In this document: in pieces, positions 37,121 through 49,312 of the stretch | Layout: each line of letters starts with the position of its first letter | Numbering within the stretch: position 1 is the first letter of the stretch | Assembly (NCBI GenBank): GCA_035084275.1 | Contig: CM068752.1 | Coordinates: 2,046,001 to 2,110,000, forward strand | DNA: 64,000 bases | DNA from: Hydrolagus colliei | Taxonomy: Eukaryota | Reading direction: 5' to 3' | Made by a program: the position numbers and the translations under genes | The notes under the pieces: model-generated | The model's input: the letters and a program-made list of their open reading frames with translations, nothing else | Database searches by the model: none | Told to the model about the DNA's origin: nothing

Positions 37121-38199
37121 CAATCCACCACGGACAGTGTACTGTACTTTCAAATCAGCACTCTGCCTTCTGCATGAACATCTCGGATAGACTCAGTGCT
37201 TTGCATGTCACTTGGTGTACGAGAGGAACTGTTCTAAGCAAAGGGCTTAAGCGCCGGCAGCCATTGTTCTTCTCCCATCAAATTCACTGTCCACAAGACC
37301 CTGCTTCATGTTTGATGAACACACAGTAACAAAGAAAAATTACATTTTCCAAAGCTCGCCTTCCCAGATAAATGCAGCCAAATTCGGATTTCATTTTGCT
37401 AATCTTTCTGGTAATGTTATTCTTTCGAAAATACTGGAGGAAGGATTTAACGGGGGATAAACTTCAAAGCTTTTTCCAAATCCAGATTGATTTGCAATGA
37501 AGCCTCCTTGTACATATTGTAGGTGAGAGGATCCAAAGTGTAGCATTTGTATTCAGGTGACATGCACAGCTAGTTTCTGCGAGAAAATGTTTTTCTCTCT
37601 CTCTCTCTCTCTATGAGGACAGGTGGTTGCGATTCAAAGATCCTCATAGCGAGCTTTGGAACTCGAGCGAAGGAACCGGAATCGGAACCATTTTTGCCTC
37701 CCAATTCACTGAATCACTCGGTTTAAAGTTCTGTCCTAAAAGGCATGGCTTTAAGTGAACGCGCAGAGAGTCTGTAGGGGCAGGCACAACTGATGTGCTT
37801 CGGGTGATTTTGAGAAAGAAGTATGAATTAAGCAGATACGAGTAGACACCCAGGGGTGATTTCATGGGAATATTTTTGTTATCAACTGACTCAGATGCCA
37901 TCAAAAAACGGAATCAACGAAGTCTGAATAATGTATGATCATGCTGCAAACACCGTAGCTTCTCTATTTATCATTCTTACATGTGTAGGTTGTACAATTT
38001 TACTCCATTCTCATTCTATTGCTACCCCCTCTTGCCAGCGTTGACAGCCATACTAGATGTCAGGCGACTCTCTCTTCATCATCACACAGTGTGTGATGAC
38101 TATGCTGGGATCAGTATAACATTACGAAGTTATGATAAATGTTTGAATGCTGGGGAATAACACATGCAAAAAAAATTATATTTGCTTCGCAAAGCGATA

Positions 38200-38436
38200 G
38201 GACCTGGGTTTGATTCCTGGCTGGGCGAAACGTTGAACGTTTGATATAGTAGCATTTTTCACGTTTTCTAGACGTCTCAAAGCGCTTCACAGAGTATACC
38301 AGTAAAGTGAATTGACTGTATATCCGTGGTGAAATGCGGCAGCCTATTGCGCACAGCAGGGTCCATAAAACAGTTGTGGATTGAAAATGACCGATTTATC
38401 ATTTTTTTGAGGGATTATTATTAGGCGTATGTATGG
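38200..38436. mobile_element. Composite: plus-strand SINE head piece joined to minus-strand SINE tail and body
   Basis: GACCTGGGTTTGATTCCTGG...GGCGAAACG then TTTGATATAG...ATTATTAGGCG. Confidence 0.8.
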
Positions 38437-39040
38437 CTTGTCGACAATCTGAAGAAAATGTGAAAATGAAAAAGCCCATTGATTTGTTGCCTACTCGATT
38501 GCTATTCACCAACATATGTTTGGAGATGTAAGAAATCTCCAAGCAAATTCATTTGAGGGTTTATGCAAAGGAGTTGCTTGAAATTACTGCACTAAAGGAC
38601 AGAACCAAGGAAGCAAACACCTGTGTTAATATTATTTTGCCTTGTGATTAGAGCCTTGGGTTTTAGACCTGGTGGATTATTTTCCATTGAACAGATGTAT
38701 TGCTTTACCACTCACAGAAGCTCCTCTGTTAAGCACTGCTTTGAGTTGGTCTGATCACTCCAGACTAATCTTCTGGAAATGAAGACCAGGTGATAAATAT
38801 GGGATGTCTTCTCGGGCGGAAAATGAAGACCGAAACTGTAGGAGAAAGAGGATAGGAGAAGAAAAAAGGAGTAATGAAAGTATCAAGAAAAAATAAAGTC
38901 TTTGAGATGAAAGAAAACCAAAAGATTAAATATAAAAACCCCTAACCCATTAGGGTTACTAAACTTTCCCTATTCATTACCCAAATGTATCATGTCTACC
39001 CTCAAGTAACATCAACACCAGAAAAAAAAATCTTTACCTT

Positions 39041-39222
39041 ACAACAACAACAACAAAATCAGATTTGTAGAGAACCTTTCACGTCGGGAGGAGGCGCTGA
39101 ATGGTTGGGTCGGGATCCGAACAAGGGAGAGGGGCATGGCAGGGGGGAGTGGCAGGAGAGAGGTAGGAGAGGAGGGAGAGAGTTGGGAGGGCAGCAGAAG
39201 GCACAGTCGAAGGTTAGTAGGT
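39041..39222 (-). mobile_element. L2 3' end
   Basis: (CAA)n, CCTTTCACGTCGGGAGGA tail and GGCACAGTCGAA. Confidence 0.8.
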
Positions 39223-39934
39223 AAGCTTATTACATTATTTCAATAGAAAGCTGAAGGCTTGTACACTCTACATTGACATTAGGTCTGGCTAATTTAACGA
39301 GGGTTGTAACCCGCAAGAAAATTGATGAATCATTATATTTGGTCAGATACTGCTCCTGAATGTACTAATTGATGCGCTAATGGAGGAACTGCAGCATTAA
39401 AAAGGCGTCAGTCAAATGGCATGTATTTCACTACCTGTGTTTAGTGTTGAACAGTGAACAGGCGTTACTTTTACAAGTCTCCTTTTATCCTTGGTGGAGC
39501 CTTCGGTTGAGTGAGACTTATCAATTTAAAATATTTGTCAGATGTCAAAACAGTGTGAGGCCAAGGTAACTGAAGCAAACAGAAAGTCCGGCTGTGTTGC
39601 CAAATCAGTCGAGTTCACCTCCCCAAAGAGAGATTGACTTTGACTCGGTTTGAATCCCATGAGCAGAAGATAACTTATTTAGCGTCTTCTGCTCCCGAGA
39701 TTCAAAAACAATTCAAATTTTCCAGGCTGGTGCGGCCGTTGTAAATTACCCTTAGCTGGAAATTGCAGCTCTGTGGACCATAGCTACCAGGGCCTTAGTG
39801 TGTAGGGCAGAGTTCTAGTCACTGAGACATAAGGAGCCCCCCCCAAGTCCTAAGAGAGGCATTGACACAGCGCCCCTGACACACAGGGTAGCATGCCAGA
39901 GGGTTTGACAGTGGCAGATTGCGACACCGCCACT

Positions 39935-40087
39935 TCTTATGGATAACGGGATTAAGGGATATATGGTTAACGCGGCATATATGTGGAGTTAGATTAGAAG
40001 ATCAGCCATGATCTTATTGAATGGCGGGGCAGGCTCGAGGGGCCGAATGGCCTACTCCTGCTCCTAATTCTTATGGCATTATGTTCT
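39935..40087 (+). mobile_element. Young CR1 3' end
   Basis: Near-identical to the CR1 3' ends at 35040-35184 and 56250-56395. Confidence 0.9.
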
Positions 40088-40320
40088 TGAGGGAGGGGAA
40101 GGAAGGGGGAAGGCAGAGCGATGGAGGAAGAGTGTTCTAGAGTATCGGGGCGTAGTGGCTGTAAACGTGGTGACCGACGGTGGAACGGAGGGCATGAGGG
40201 ACATGCAGGAGGCTGGAGCTATTCGAGCAAAGTCAGTGAAGGTTGTGGGTTTGGGAGTAAGCAGGTCAGAGAGGTAGGAACGTGCCAGGGGATGGGGGGG
40301 ACTTGAAAACAAGTGTTTTC
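40088..40320 (-). mobile_element. L2 fragment
   Basis: Reverse ORF LARSYLSDLLTP; collinear with the L2 at 44430-44610. Confidence 0.75.
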
Positions 40321-40729
40321 AAATCCTGGAGCTAAGAGGTAAGAGGATGATCCTCAGTGTTAGAGGATTGAACCGTGACCAACAATTAGATAAACTCTTC
40401 AGTTTTGAAAGATGTTTCCAAGGGAACCTTAGAGAGAGGCACACAAGACCTTAAATGGGACTGATACAGTGCAACGTGAACAATAATCTCGGATGTAGCA
40501 AGACAGCAGAAGAAGAGGAAGCAGGTCTAGGGTGATGAATGGCAATTACAGGACAGACACCAGGAAGTACAGTATTCCTTACTCAAATGGGAGTGAATGA
40601 CTGGGACAGGTTACCAGGTAGGGTGGTTCAAGTCAGGGCATGTCTGATTTAAAATGTCAATTTGATACTGTGATAGGAGCGTGAGTGATTATTCTGGAAG
40701 GATGAGATGAAATGGGCCAACAATTCTCT

Positions 40730-41046
40730 CCCTCCGCCCAGCGGGCTCTGGGCTGCTTTACGTCTCCCGTCTTGGCCATTAGTTGGGCGGGTCTTCAAGT
40801 ATCTCTGCTCCCACGGTTTCGAACTCCATCCCACATGCCCTCCGCTTCATCCACTCCCTTGCCACTTTCAAGACCTGCTTCAAGACCTTCCTCTTTGGCC
40901 GTTCCTTCGGTCACCATCCGACTCTTATCCTCGCTGCCCTGATCCCAATCACCAGCTCAGGTGCAGATTCCCTAACTGTCCAGCGTCTTGGGATGCCCTC
41001 CAGACTCGAAAGACTCTAGGCAAATGTAATTTTTTGTCGTTGTCGT
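40730..41046 (+). mobile_element. L2 3' fragment
   Basis: APTVSNSIP...LATFKTCFKTFLF followed by tail and (GTT)-like end. Confidence 0.85.
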
Positions 41047-41316
41047 TGGAAGTACAAATACAATAAAAGATAGGGTAAACCATGTTGGTTTATCCAATAA
41101 ATACATTGACATTGCAGATCTGTGAAGCCCTGGACCAACCTCTCTTAGTCTCGAGATCTGAAAATCTTCCCCCCACAAAAACCCACAGACAAGATATCAA
41201 TCCTCTGCTCTCTCTTGCTCCCAATATTAGTCAACCAAAGTGTGTGAGCAGATTGTTTAAGAGGAAATTAGGTTGTCATGGATACCAGCTACAACCAGCT
41301 GTTGGGTTGGTATGTT

Positions 41317-41558
41317 GTGGAGTCTAGTAGCTCGGTGGTTTAGAGCACTCGCCTTGCAAGTGAGAGACCTGGGTTCAATTCCAGGCAGGGTGAAAGCTTG
41401 GGCAGGTTGCCTTACCCCACACACCCGCCTGATAACAATCCCTCGAAAAATAAAATAGTACATTGGTCGTTTCGATCCACGACTGTGTGTGGGGAAACCG
41501 CTGGGCGCAATTGGCTACAGCATTTCACCCATAAACATGCAGCCTGTTCACTTTACAG
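41317..41558 (+). mobile_element. SINE, tail missing
   Basis: Head and body to CACTTTACAG. Confidence 0.9.
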
Positions 41559-41744
41559 TTTTTTTTTGGACGGATTATTATTAGGCGCGTGTGTGTATGT
41601 GTGTGTGTATGTGTGTGTATGTCTGTGTGTGTGTGTGTGTGTGGAGTACTTGCCCAAGGTTTCGCCCTGATCTGCCTGGATTCGAATACAGGTCTCACGC
41701 TTTGTAAGGCGAGGTCTCTAACCACTGAGCTACAGGAGCTCCAC
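41559..41744 (-). mobile_element. SINE 5' half with long (CA)n
   Basis: Reverse head ending CTGAGCTACAGGAGCTCCAC. Confidence 0.92.
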
Positions 41745-42394
41745 AAATTGAAACGATACCATAATGTGCGGTTTCCCTAGACATTTCATTGGATACATCT
41801 GAAGGCAAAATGATGTGGCGGGGCAAATAGAAACAGCTGAAACAGGGCTAGATGGTTCACGAATGTGTCCCTGTTGATACTTGGAACATAAAAAAAACTG
41901 ATTTTGATGTGGTGCCAATGAGATTGCCCATGGCCTGATCCATGCTGTAGCAATTCTGGTTCTGCAAGAGAGAATTTCAGAGAGAGGTTACACACCGGAG
42001 AAATGGTGTGTGAGGTTTTGCAGCTGGCGTCCTATCCCGATGTGATTTAATAATATATGATTATATTTTCACTTCTGTGGCGATGTAGAACAACTGGAGT
42101 TTTATGGTTGTGACATCTGATGAACAGTCAGTGAGTTTCAATATTGGAAAATGCGTTGGCCAGGCAAGGAAATCTAGTGTTTTGTGTTCATACAGCCTGC
42201 AACTGTGGTGAGGAATGGGCAAGGTGAATATTTTAAATAGACATTATTGCATGCTGTAGACTGACATTTTATTCAGTAAAAGAGATATATCTAGTTTTTT
42301 TTGTGAAACTTCTGCTGTAGTTTCTGTGTTGGTCTGAAATCTAGCTGTAACATAGATGGAGATAGCTATCTATATATATATATATATATATATA

Positions 42395-42650
42395 GTGGAG
42401 TCCTATAGCTCAGTGGTTAGAGCACTCACATCACAAGTGAGGAACCTGGGTTCAATACCCACTTGGGCAAGTTTCCTTTCTCCACACGCCTGGTAATAAT
42501 CACTCACGAAAAACAATAATATATTGGTCGGTTAATCCATGACTGTTTGTGGGACGTTTGATGTAGAGCTTTTCATGTCTTCTAGACATCTCAAAGCGCT
42601 TCACAGAATATACTGTAAAGTGAATTGACCGTATATATTGTGGTCAAACC
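42395..42650. mobile_element. Composite: plus-strand SINE 5' part joined to minus-strand 3' part
   Basis: Head to GTTTGTGGGACG (~42556), then TTTGATGTAGAGCTTTTC...TGTGGTCAAAC. Confidence 0.85.
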
Positions 42651-43489
42651 AGTTCATCTAATGTCACCTCCTCCCACCCCCTCCCCCCCCCACACACACT
42701 CACACAAGAACAACCTTTTGTCTTCCTGATTGTGGGAACCTTTGAAACGATTACATACATCAATAACTCATTATTTTTTAACCTTTCAAACTTGCTTATA
42801 TACGGCGACGGTGGAAATGGAGTTCTGACGTGGATGTTAAGTTGGTGCGAGACGTAAACTGAGCTCTTGTTGGAACCCAGCCCCCAAAAGGGATTGAGAC
42901 AGTGTGTTTTCTCTGATGATGTTTAAAGAGTCCGAGTGAACATCATTTACTCTTTACTTGCAAAGCGCTTTGATTGAGAATGATTAATATTAGCGGTTCC
43001 CGCACTGGTATTGGAGAGAACAAAAGATTGAGAGAACATATTAAAATACCAATCGAGGAATTTATGGGTATATAAAAATTCTTGACTATAATGGCTGAGC
43101 AAACTTTCTTCCTGCCACATAGATAATAAAACAAAGCATGGGTAACCTTGCAACTTACATAACTTATCTGTGGTTGATTAATTTTCATGGCAATGACATT
43201 TCTATGTTTCCTGCAGCTCAGGAACCATTATAGTTAAGACTATTTGATCATCGCTATTGTACTTACCCTTATAACCTCCAAATCTGTTCGTAACTAGATA
43301 TTTATGCAGGATTTTTTAAAAGAAGTTAATCAACACAGCATGAACCTCTTCCACTTCCAGTCTGCTCCGCGAATCCACCGCTCCACAGGGATCCTCTAGT
43401 CTTGCTCAAGGCTGGTTAATATTGTACTCATGTCCTGTAGCTCTCCATTTCCAGGCCAAGTTAAATAGCCATCTTACATCTACATTACA

Positions 43490-43700
43490 TTCTGCTTCCT
43501 CATGCGAAGCTCAAAAGCAAGGTTCAGGCTCATGGAATAGGTGATAGATTATCCAGATGAATTGAAAATTGGCTTTGCGATCAGAGACAAAGGTGATGAT
43601 GAATGGCGAAAGCTCTTGCTGTTAATCGCAACCATTGGTATTTGCACAAAGGTACATTCTGGATTCCCCTGCTGTTGCTACAATTGTATATAATAATAAT
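43490..43700 (+). pseudogene. CR1 reverse transcriptase core fragment (degenerate)
   Basis: Reads LPHAKLKSKVQAHGIGDRLSR*IENWLCDQRQR.MMNGESS, matching CR1 VPHxxL..K..xGI.G....WI.NWL.xR.QRV..NG; stop and frameshifts present. Confidence 0.8.
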
Positions 43701-43986
43701 ACCACTGTACTACAGTACTCCTAATATTAATAATAACAATGACAATGATGATAATCCTTGCATTTGATATAGCTACTTGTGAATGATGTGGACTTTGAGA
43801 ATCATAGTTTGTTTTAACAGCATGTCCCCAGATATACACTGTGGATGACTTCACAAACAACATGGTGAATTGTAATTTAGTGTAGAGTGAAATCAAGAGG
43901 CAGTCCTTCACCCAAAGGGTATTGGAACAACCCTAACAACAACCAAATTACATATGTAGAGCGTCGGAAGCCCTCCTGACTGGCTC

Positions 43987-44720
43987 ATGTCAGTGCCTCC
44001 GCACCTGAGCGCTGACAACATCAGCGTTCAAGGCTGCTCTCTCCACCTCTCGAAGCCAATCAGGAATCTGGGCGTCTTGCTCGACCTCAAAATATCCTTC
44101 CTCCCCCACATCCGCTCCATGACCGGCACAGCCTTCTATCACCTCCATAATATTGCCACACTCCACCACTATCTCACCCCCCACGCCGCCGAAACTCTCA
44201 TCCACGCCTTTATCACTTCCAGGCTCGACTACGGGAACTCTCTCCTCGTCGGCCTCCCCAGCTCCTCCCTTCACAGGCTGCAGCTCATTCAGAACTCTGC
44301 AGCTCGTGTTCTCTCCCGCACCAGGCTTCCCGACCACATCATTCCCACCCTCGCCCGTCTCCACTGGCTCCCCGTCACCCAGAGGATCGAATTCAAGATC
44401 GTTGTTCTCACTTTCAAGGCCATTCACAGTCTTGCCCCCGCCTGTCTCTCTGACCTGCTGTCTCCCTATCAGCCTGCCCGCACCCTCCGTTCAGCAGACT
44501 CAGGCCTGCTCCGCGTCCACCACCCAACCATCGGTGGCCAGGCTTTCAGCCTCACTGTTCCCACACTGTGGAACTCCATCCCGCAGCCCCTCCATCTCGT
44601 TTCCTCCCTTTCCTCCTTCAAGGCCGGTCTCAAGACCTTCCTCTTCGACCGCGCCTTCAGCTGCCCCGCTAATTCTTCCCCATCTCCCACTCTCCTTCCC
44701 CTTCCCGTTACCCTGTTATT
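43987..44720 (+). pseudogene. L2 LINE ORF2 C-terminal fragment (post-RT region), 5'-truncated
   Basis: IRNLGVLLD, AETLIHAFITSRLDYGNSLL, LQLIQNSAARV, LHWLPV..RIEFK, WNSIP, FKAGLKTFLF are hallmark L2 ORF2 motifs; endonuclease and catalytic RT core are absent. Confidence 0.93.
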
Positions 44721-44721
44721 G

Positions 44722-44885
44722 TCTTTCATGTTGGGAGAACGTCCCAAGGCACTGAACAGTCAAGGGTCAAGACTCTGTTGGGATGAGGGAGGGTACAGAG
44801 GTAGGGGTTGGGTGAAGGCACGGTTGAAAAGGAAGGTGTTGACAGGAGGCAAAGGAGGGAGCAAGGCCAAGGGACTGTGGGATGG
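44722..44885 (-). mobile_element. L2 3' end (its extreme tail lies at 43935-43965)
   Basis: CTTTCATGTTGGGAGAACGTCCCAAGGC tail and GGCACGGTTGAAAAGGAAGGT. Confidence 0.75.
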
Positions 44886-45105
44886 AAATCTGGAACTCTC
44901 TTCCCCAATAGCCTGAGGATGTTGGATCCATTCACATTTTCAAGGCTGAGGTGGATAGATATTTGTTAAGTCAGGGATATTAAGGGATACGGAGCATGGC
45001 CGGGAAATTGGACTCGAGGTACAGATCAACAATGATCTAATAGAATGATGGCTCAGGCTCAAGGGGCTGAATAGTCTCCTCCCGTCTCTCTCTATGTTCC
45101 TACGT
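44883..45105 (+). mobile_element. CR1 3' end (upstream part at 43860-43930)
   Basis: TGGAACTCTCTTCCCC...TTCAAGGCTGAGGTGGATAGAT...TATGTTCCTA. Confidence 0.85.
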
Positions 45106-46982
45106 AGCGACAAAATGATTTGGGGAAAATATATATTTTAAGATCTTTATTTTCAATCCTGTGCTTAACGGGGTTAGATTTTGCCTGATTCAGACTGAAT
45201 CCGCACCGTAAACAATGCTAAAGTTGCCGTGTTGCGCGGGCGGAACACTGATAAGATGGATTGCTTTGTCATTCTTCAGGGATTTGTAATAGTAATTTTC
45301 CTTCCATTTAAATTCACTGCCTCTTGAAAACCCCAGGATCAAATCAGTCACTGAAGGCAGGCGCTCTTCTTGAATGAATTTGAAAAGTGCTGTAAACGGG
45401 GACATTACACAACTAATTGCATTGAAGGAGCCCTTCGCCTCATTTGGGTGATTCTGATCTGAATGCTGAGTTAAAGGATTAGTGTGCAAACGAAAGTTGG
45501 CAAGAGGAAAGATGTACGTTCTAACAGATGGAGGAATGCCAAGTCAAATTACAACGATTTGAACATCTTTGTTGTCAGACCAGTGATTCTGGCTGACAAT
45601 TATTTGGCAACATATGGCAGCTATAGACCGCTTCCAAAGACCAAGCGGATTCCCAAAAGACCAGGGACGTTTTATGAAGCACTTTGCAATCCGTTCAGTA
45701 GTCAAACCGTGTCATTCGGCTCTGAAGAACTCCGAGATTTATTCTTGATTTCTTCTTAATTACCACATTATCCTAAATATCTAATATTTAATTTAAACAA
45801 TTTCCGATCGGCAGTTTCACTTCCCCGGCTCACAATAGACGACTCGAAAAGCGTCTTTCAAAAACAAAAGGTCTAGGATAGAGCGGAGCAGTGTAAATAC
45901 GATGGAATCGATCTCCTCACCTCGCTTTTCAATCTGTGCAGCAACATACAAATGGGACAATTGGTTTTTAAGGGCTGGTAGAATTGACTTGATATTGATG
46001 CTAATTTGATGATTTTGTTTAAACAAAAGGAATATCCTGAATAGAAACACTGTATCCAGCTTTCCGATAGCCTCCTGAATGTGGTGATTCACGATAGACC
46101 ACAGTTCCAGACTGGCAGCCCTCAGGTAAATTAGCCACGTGTGAGAGCCAGATAACAACAACAACAACTGTGATCTATATAGTGCCCTCCTCGCCGGTCG
46201 GCGTCTCAGAGCGCTTCACCCTCACAGACAGCCATTCCTGACAGGTTATTTAACCCATCGGGCGGGGACTGAAATCGACCGATTCGGGCCTTTTAGAGAT
46301 GTATAACATTTTAAACGGGATCAGGAGTCTGTGTACAAACCCTGTGGACGAGTGCCTCGGACTAAGAGTCTGAAACTGAGCGTGAATTGCAACATGTTAC
46401 GTTGCGATGTGTGGTGTGCTGCTTAGATTGATGCTTTACTGAGCATTGGCGAATGCAATCTGCACTTGGAAATTACATATCTGCGCTTGCATGTGCTTTA
46501 CCTTGAATTCCATGAAATATTTATCGCCTAACATTACCTTATTGATTTCTTTAATGGCTTGAGAACTGAATATTTGATTATCCCAGATACGCACTTAAAA
46601 ATAAAAGCTGGTGATAATTATTCATTAACTTCAGCTGCAAAGACCCCCTTTTTTGATATATTGAAAAAACACTTTCATTTCTGATTGTACTGGTGCCCTT
46701 CAGCACACGGAAATAATAACAATGTATAATAAAGGCAGGGCGTTTTATCAAGAAGCGGATGTAATTTGGTGTCATTGGTGTCTTTGCACAGCACAGTCTA
46801 CTGGCAGAAACTGGCCTCTTCACTTTGTACTTGTTGAAACATTTCTCATCAAGGGTCAAATAAATGGCTTTGGTTTTGACCACCTTCGGGAACTTGACAG
46901 GGTCCTTGTTTCGGGCGCATTCTGGGGTCGAAATCTCACCTAAACCCCAGTCTGCAACAACAATTTGCCTAACGACAATTTT

Positions 46983-47212
46983 GTAAGTAGGAACCCGGTT
47001 GTTTGTCAACTGGCGGATCACTTGGTCCGGGTGGAATAATTACTTTGAAAAAAAATTAAACAAATAGAATGACTGTTTGTCGGACCCTGCTGTGTGCGAT
47101 TGGCTGCCGAGTTTCCCCCACAGAACACACAGTCAATTCACGTCTCAAAGAGATGTCTTGAAGACGTGATAAGGCATTATATCAAATGAAAGGATTATTA
47201 ATATTATTATAT
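46983..47212 (+). mobile_element. SINE, long subfamily, headless and degenerate
   Basis: GTAAGTAGGAACCCGGTTGTT...CTGGCGGATC, body and tail. Confidence 0.8.
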
Positions 47213-47719
47213 TCCCTTCCCAGGTTATGACCAACAATAGCCAAGAGGGGTGGTCGCTCGGAGCTTCTAATGATACCGCATTGAATAATTATACTCACTT
47301 TTTGTTCAAACAGTGGCTTCGAAATTCTGGTAATTACTTCTAATTCAGCAGGTCTTGAATTAAATATTCCCAAACTGCTAAATCCCCAGATGAAGATATG
47401 AACCATTGGAGCAGTTGCAATTAGCATTTTTGGTAGTCAGCAGTTTTTACAATGAATAAAACTCTTGTTTCAGGCTGTTCCAAGGGCTACCACTTAAAAT
47501 CCCCAACTGCATTTCCACATGAAAGTAAATCTGCCACATACCTCAAATGGGGGACATAATGCCAAACACAGGATTTAACTATCAAGGGTTTGAGCAGTCA
47601 GGATGGGTGATCTTTTTCGTTTGCAATTGAAAACCTCGATCAGTTGAAGAATGTGAAATTTTCTGTACTTAATTGCAGATAAAGTCCAGCAATTGCCCCT
47701 TCTTCAACATTTTATAACA

Positions 47720-48053
47720 ATAATAATCCTTGCATTTGATATAGCGCTTTTCACGTCTTCTAGACGTCTCAAAGTGGTAGACACGGAATGTACTGTAAAG
47801 TGAATTGACTGTATATTTCTGGGCGAAATGCGGCAGCTAATTGCGCACAGTAGTGTCTCCACAAACAGTTGTGGATTGAAATGACCAATTTTTATTGTGT
47901 TTTTTTGGAGGGATTTTTATTAGGTGTGTGTGTGTGTGTGTGTGTGGAGTAAGGAAACTTGCCCACAGTTTTGCCCTGATCTGCCTGGATTTGAACACAC
48001 AGATCTCACACTTGTAAGGTGACTGCTCTAATCACTGAGCTACAGAACTCCAC
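47720..48053 (-). mobile_element. Full-length SINE with (CA)n
   Basis: Reverse match to the family. Confidence 0.93.
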
Positions 48054-48894
48054 ACGCCTAAAATGTGTAGTGGAGTAAAACATATTTATCGTATTGTCTC
48101 GGAGCTTGATCTGGTAAGCCAATGTGTTGTCATACACTAGGGTGCTATACAGTAATGTAGATTTACTCCTAGTTGTCATAGTGATGACTAACATATCTGC
48201 GAATGCTGAGAGGCAGCTTGAGGGTTGATACTGTCAGTAAAACTGCACAATCTGAAGACGCTTTGGCTCATGGAACTGTCGCAACAGATAGGTTTGATGC
48301 GAGATGCCTCCATTTGCCAAATACCTGCACCACTTTCTATCAGGACGCATTCCTATCTGTGTTACAGCACCGCAAACAATTGCACTGTACAAGCTCTCGC
48401 CATAAAGGTTAGCCCTGGTTAGCCCAGTGGCTTAAGGACATTCACTGCCAATATGGAGTTGATCTACAGGTTCTCGTTGCTTCCATTTGTCTATTTACTG
48501 GTTTTGGCTGCCAATAACAGCTAATTAGAGATTCTCACCACTGCGAGGTCATTCACTTCCAGACTGTTTGTGGAACAATGCTGCTTGTGCGTTCACTTAC
48601 AATATGTACAACAAGGTCATGGCATTTTTGGTCAAATTCTATGAAGCAGTTGAAGATGTCTAGACAATGCGATAAGCTGCTAAATGAAATGACTATTGTT
48701 ATTAGCCGTCACAAAAACATTGATGAAGAATGTTGACTCCTGCTCCGATGTCTCTTTTGCTGAAGAAAATTGAAAAGAGCAATAGTAAATAATTATCTGG
48801 TTTATAACTTTTTTTTAAAAAAAACCCTATAAATATCTGTGAGAGTGATGCCAACTGAGGCTTGGGCTAACTCTGAGATATTGAGTCACTCGAT

Positions 48895-49312
48895 GAACTT
48901 GAGTAAACTAGGCCTATATTCTCTAGAATTTAGAAGGATTAGAGGTGATCTTATAAAAACCTATAAGATTCTTAAGGGGCATGACAGAGTAGACAGTGGG
49001 AGACTGTCTCATCCTGGTTGGAGAAACTAGGTGTCACAGTTTTAAGATTAAGCCTTTTCAAACAGAGTTGAGGAAAAACATCTTCACTCGGAGGGTAGTG
49101 AATTTATGGAATTCTTTACCCCAAAAGGCTGTAGATGCTCAGGCCTTGAACATATTCAACACTGAGTTTGATAGATTTCTAATGGATAGAATGATTAAGG
49201 GATATGGGGATAAGGTGGGTAGGTGGAGTTAGATTAGAAGATCAGCCATGATCCAATTGAATGGCGGGGCAGGCTTGAGGGGCCGAATGCTCCTAATTCC
49301 TACGTTCCTACA
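48895..49312 (+). mobile_element. CR1 ORF2 C-terminus and 3' UTR
   Basis: LGLYSLEFRRIRGDLIKTYKILKG and RKNIFTRRVVNLWNSLPQKAV are hallmark CR1 motifs; one frameshift. Confidence 0.93.

Larger units (their letters stand above)
39540..40730 (+). mobile_element. Old degenerate CR1, split by younger insertions
   Basis: QCEAKVTEANRKSGCVAKSVEF at ~39548-39617 resembles CR1 QCxxAVKKANRMLG; 3' part at 40330-40730 resembles 32000-32320. Confidence 0.55.

Noticed and set aside
37120-37142. REST/RE1-like CACCACGGACAG
   Set aside because: The core matches but the TCAG left flank and CGCC right flank do not; it lies at a SINE edge.
38940-38955. CCCTAA...TTAGGG telomere-like inverted pair
   Set aside because: A single unit on each side is expected by chance; not an interstitial telomere array.
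42339-42350. miR-9-like ATCTAGCTGTA
   Set aside because: Only about 11 nt match, the seed TCTTTGG is absent and no precursor hairpin is evident.
43987-44916. 309-aa ORF as a host gene or autonomous element
   Set aside because: It is the C-terminal part of L2 ORF2 reading through into an inverted L2 and a CR1; no endonuclease or catalytic RT domain is present.
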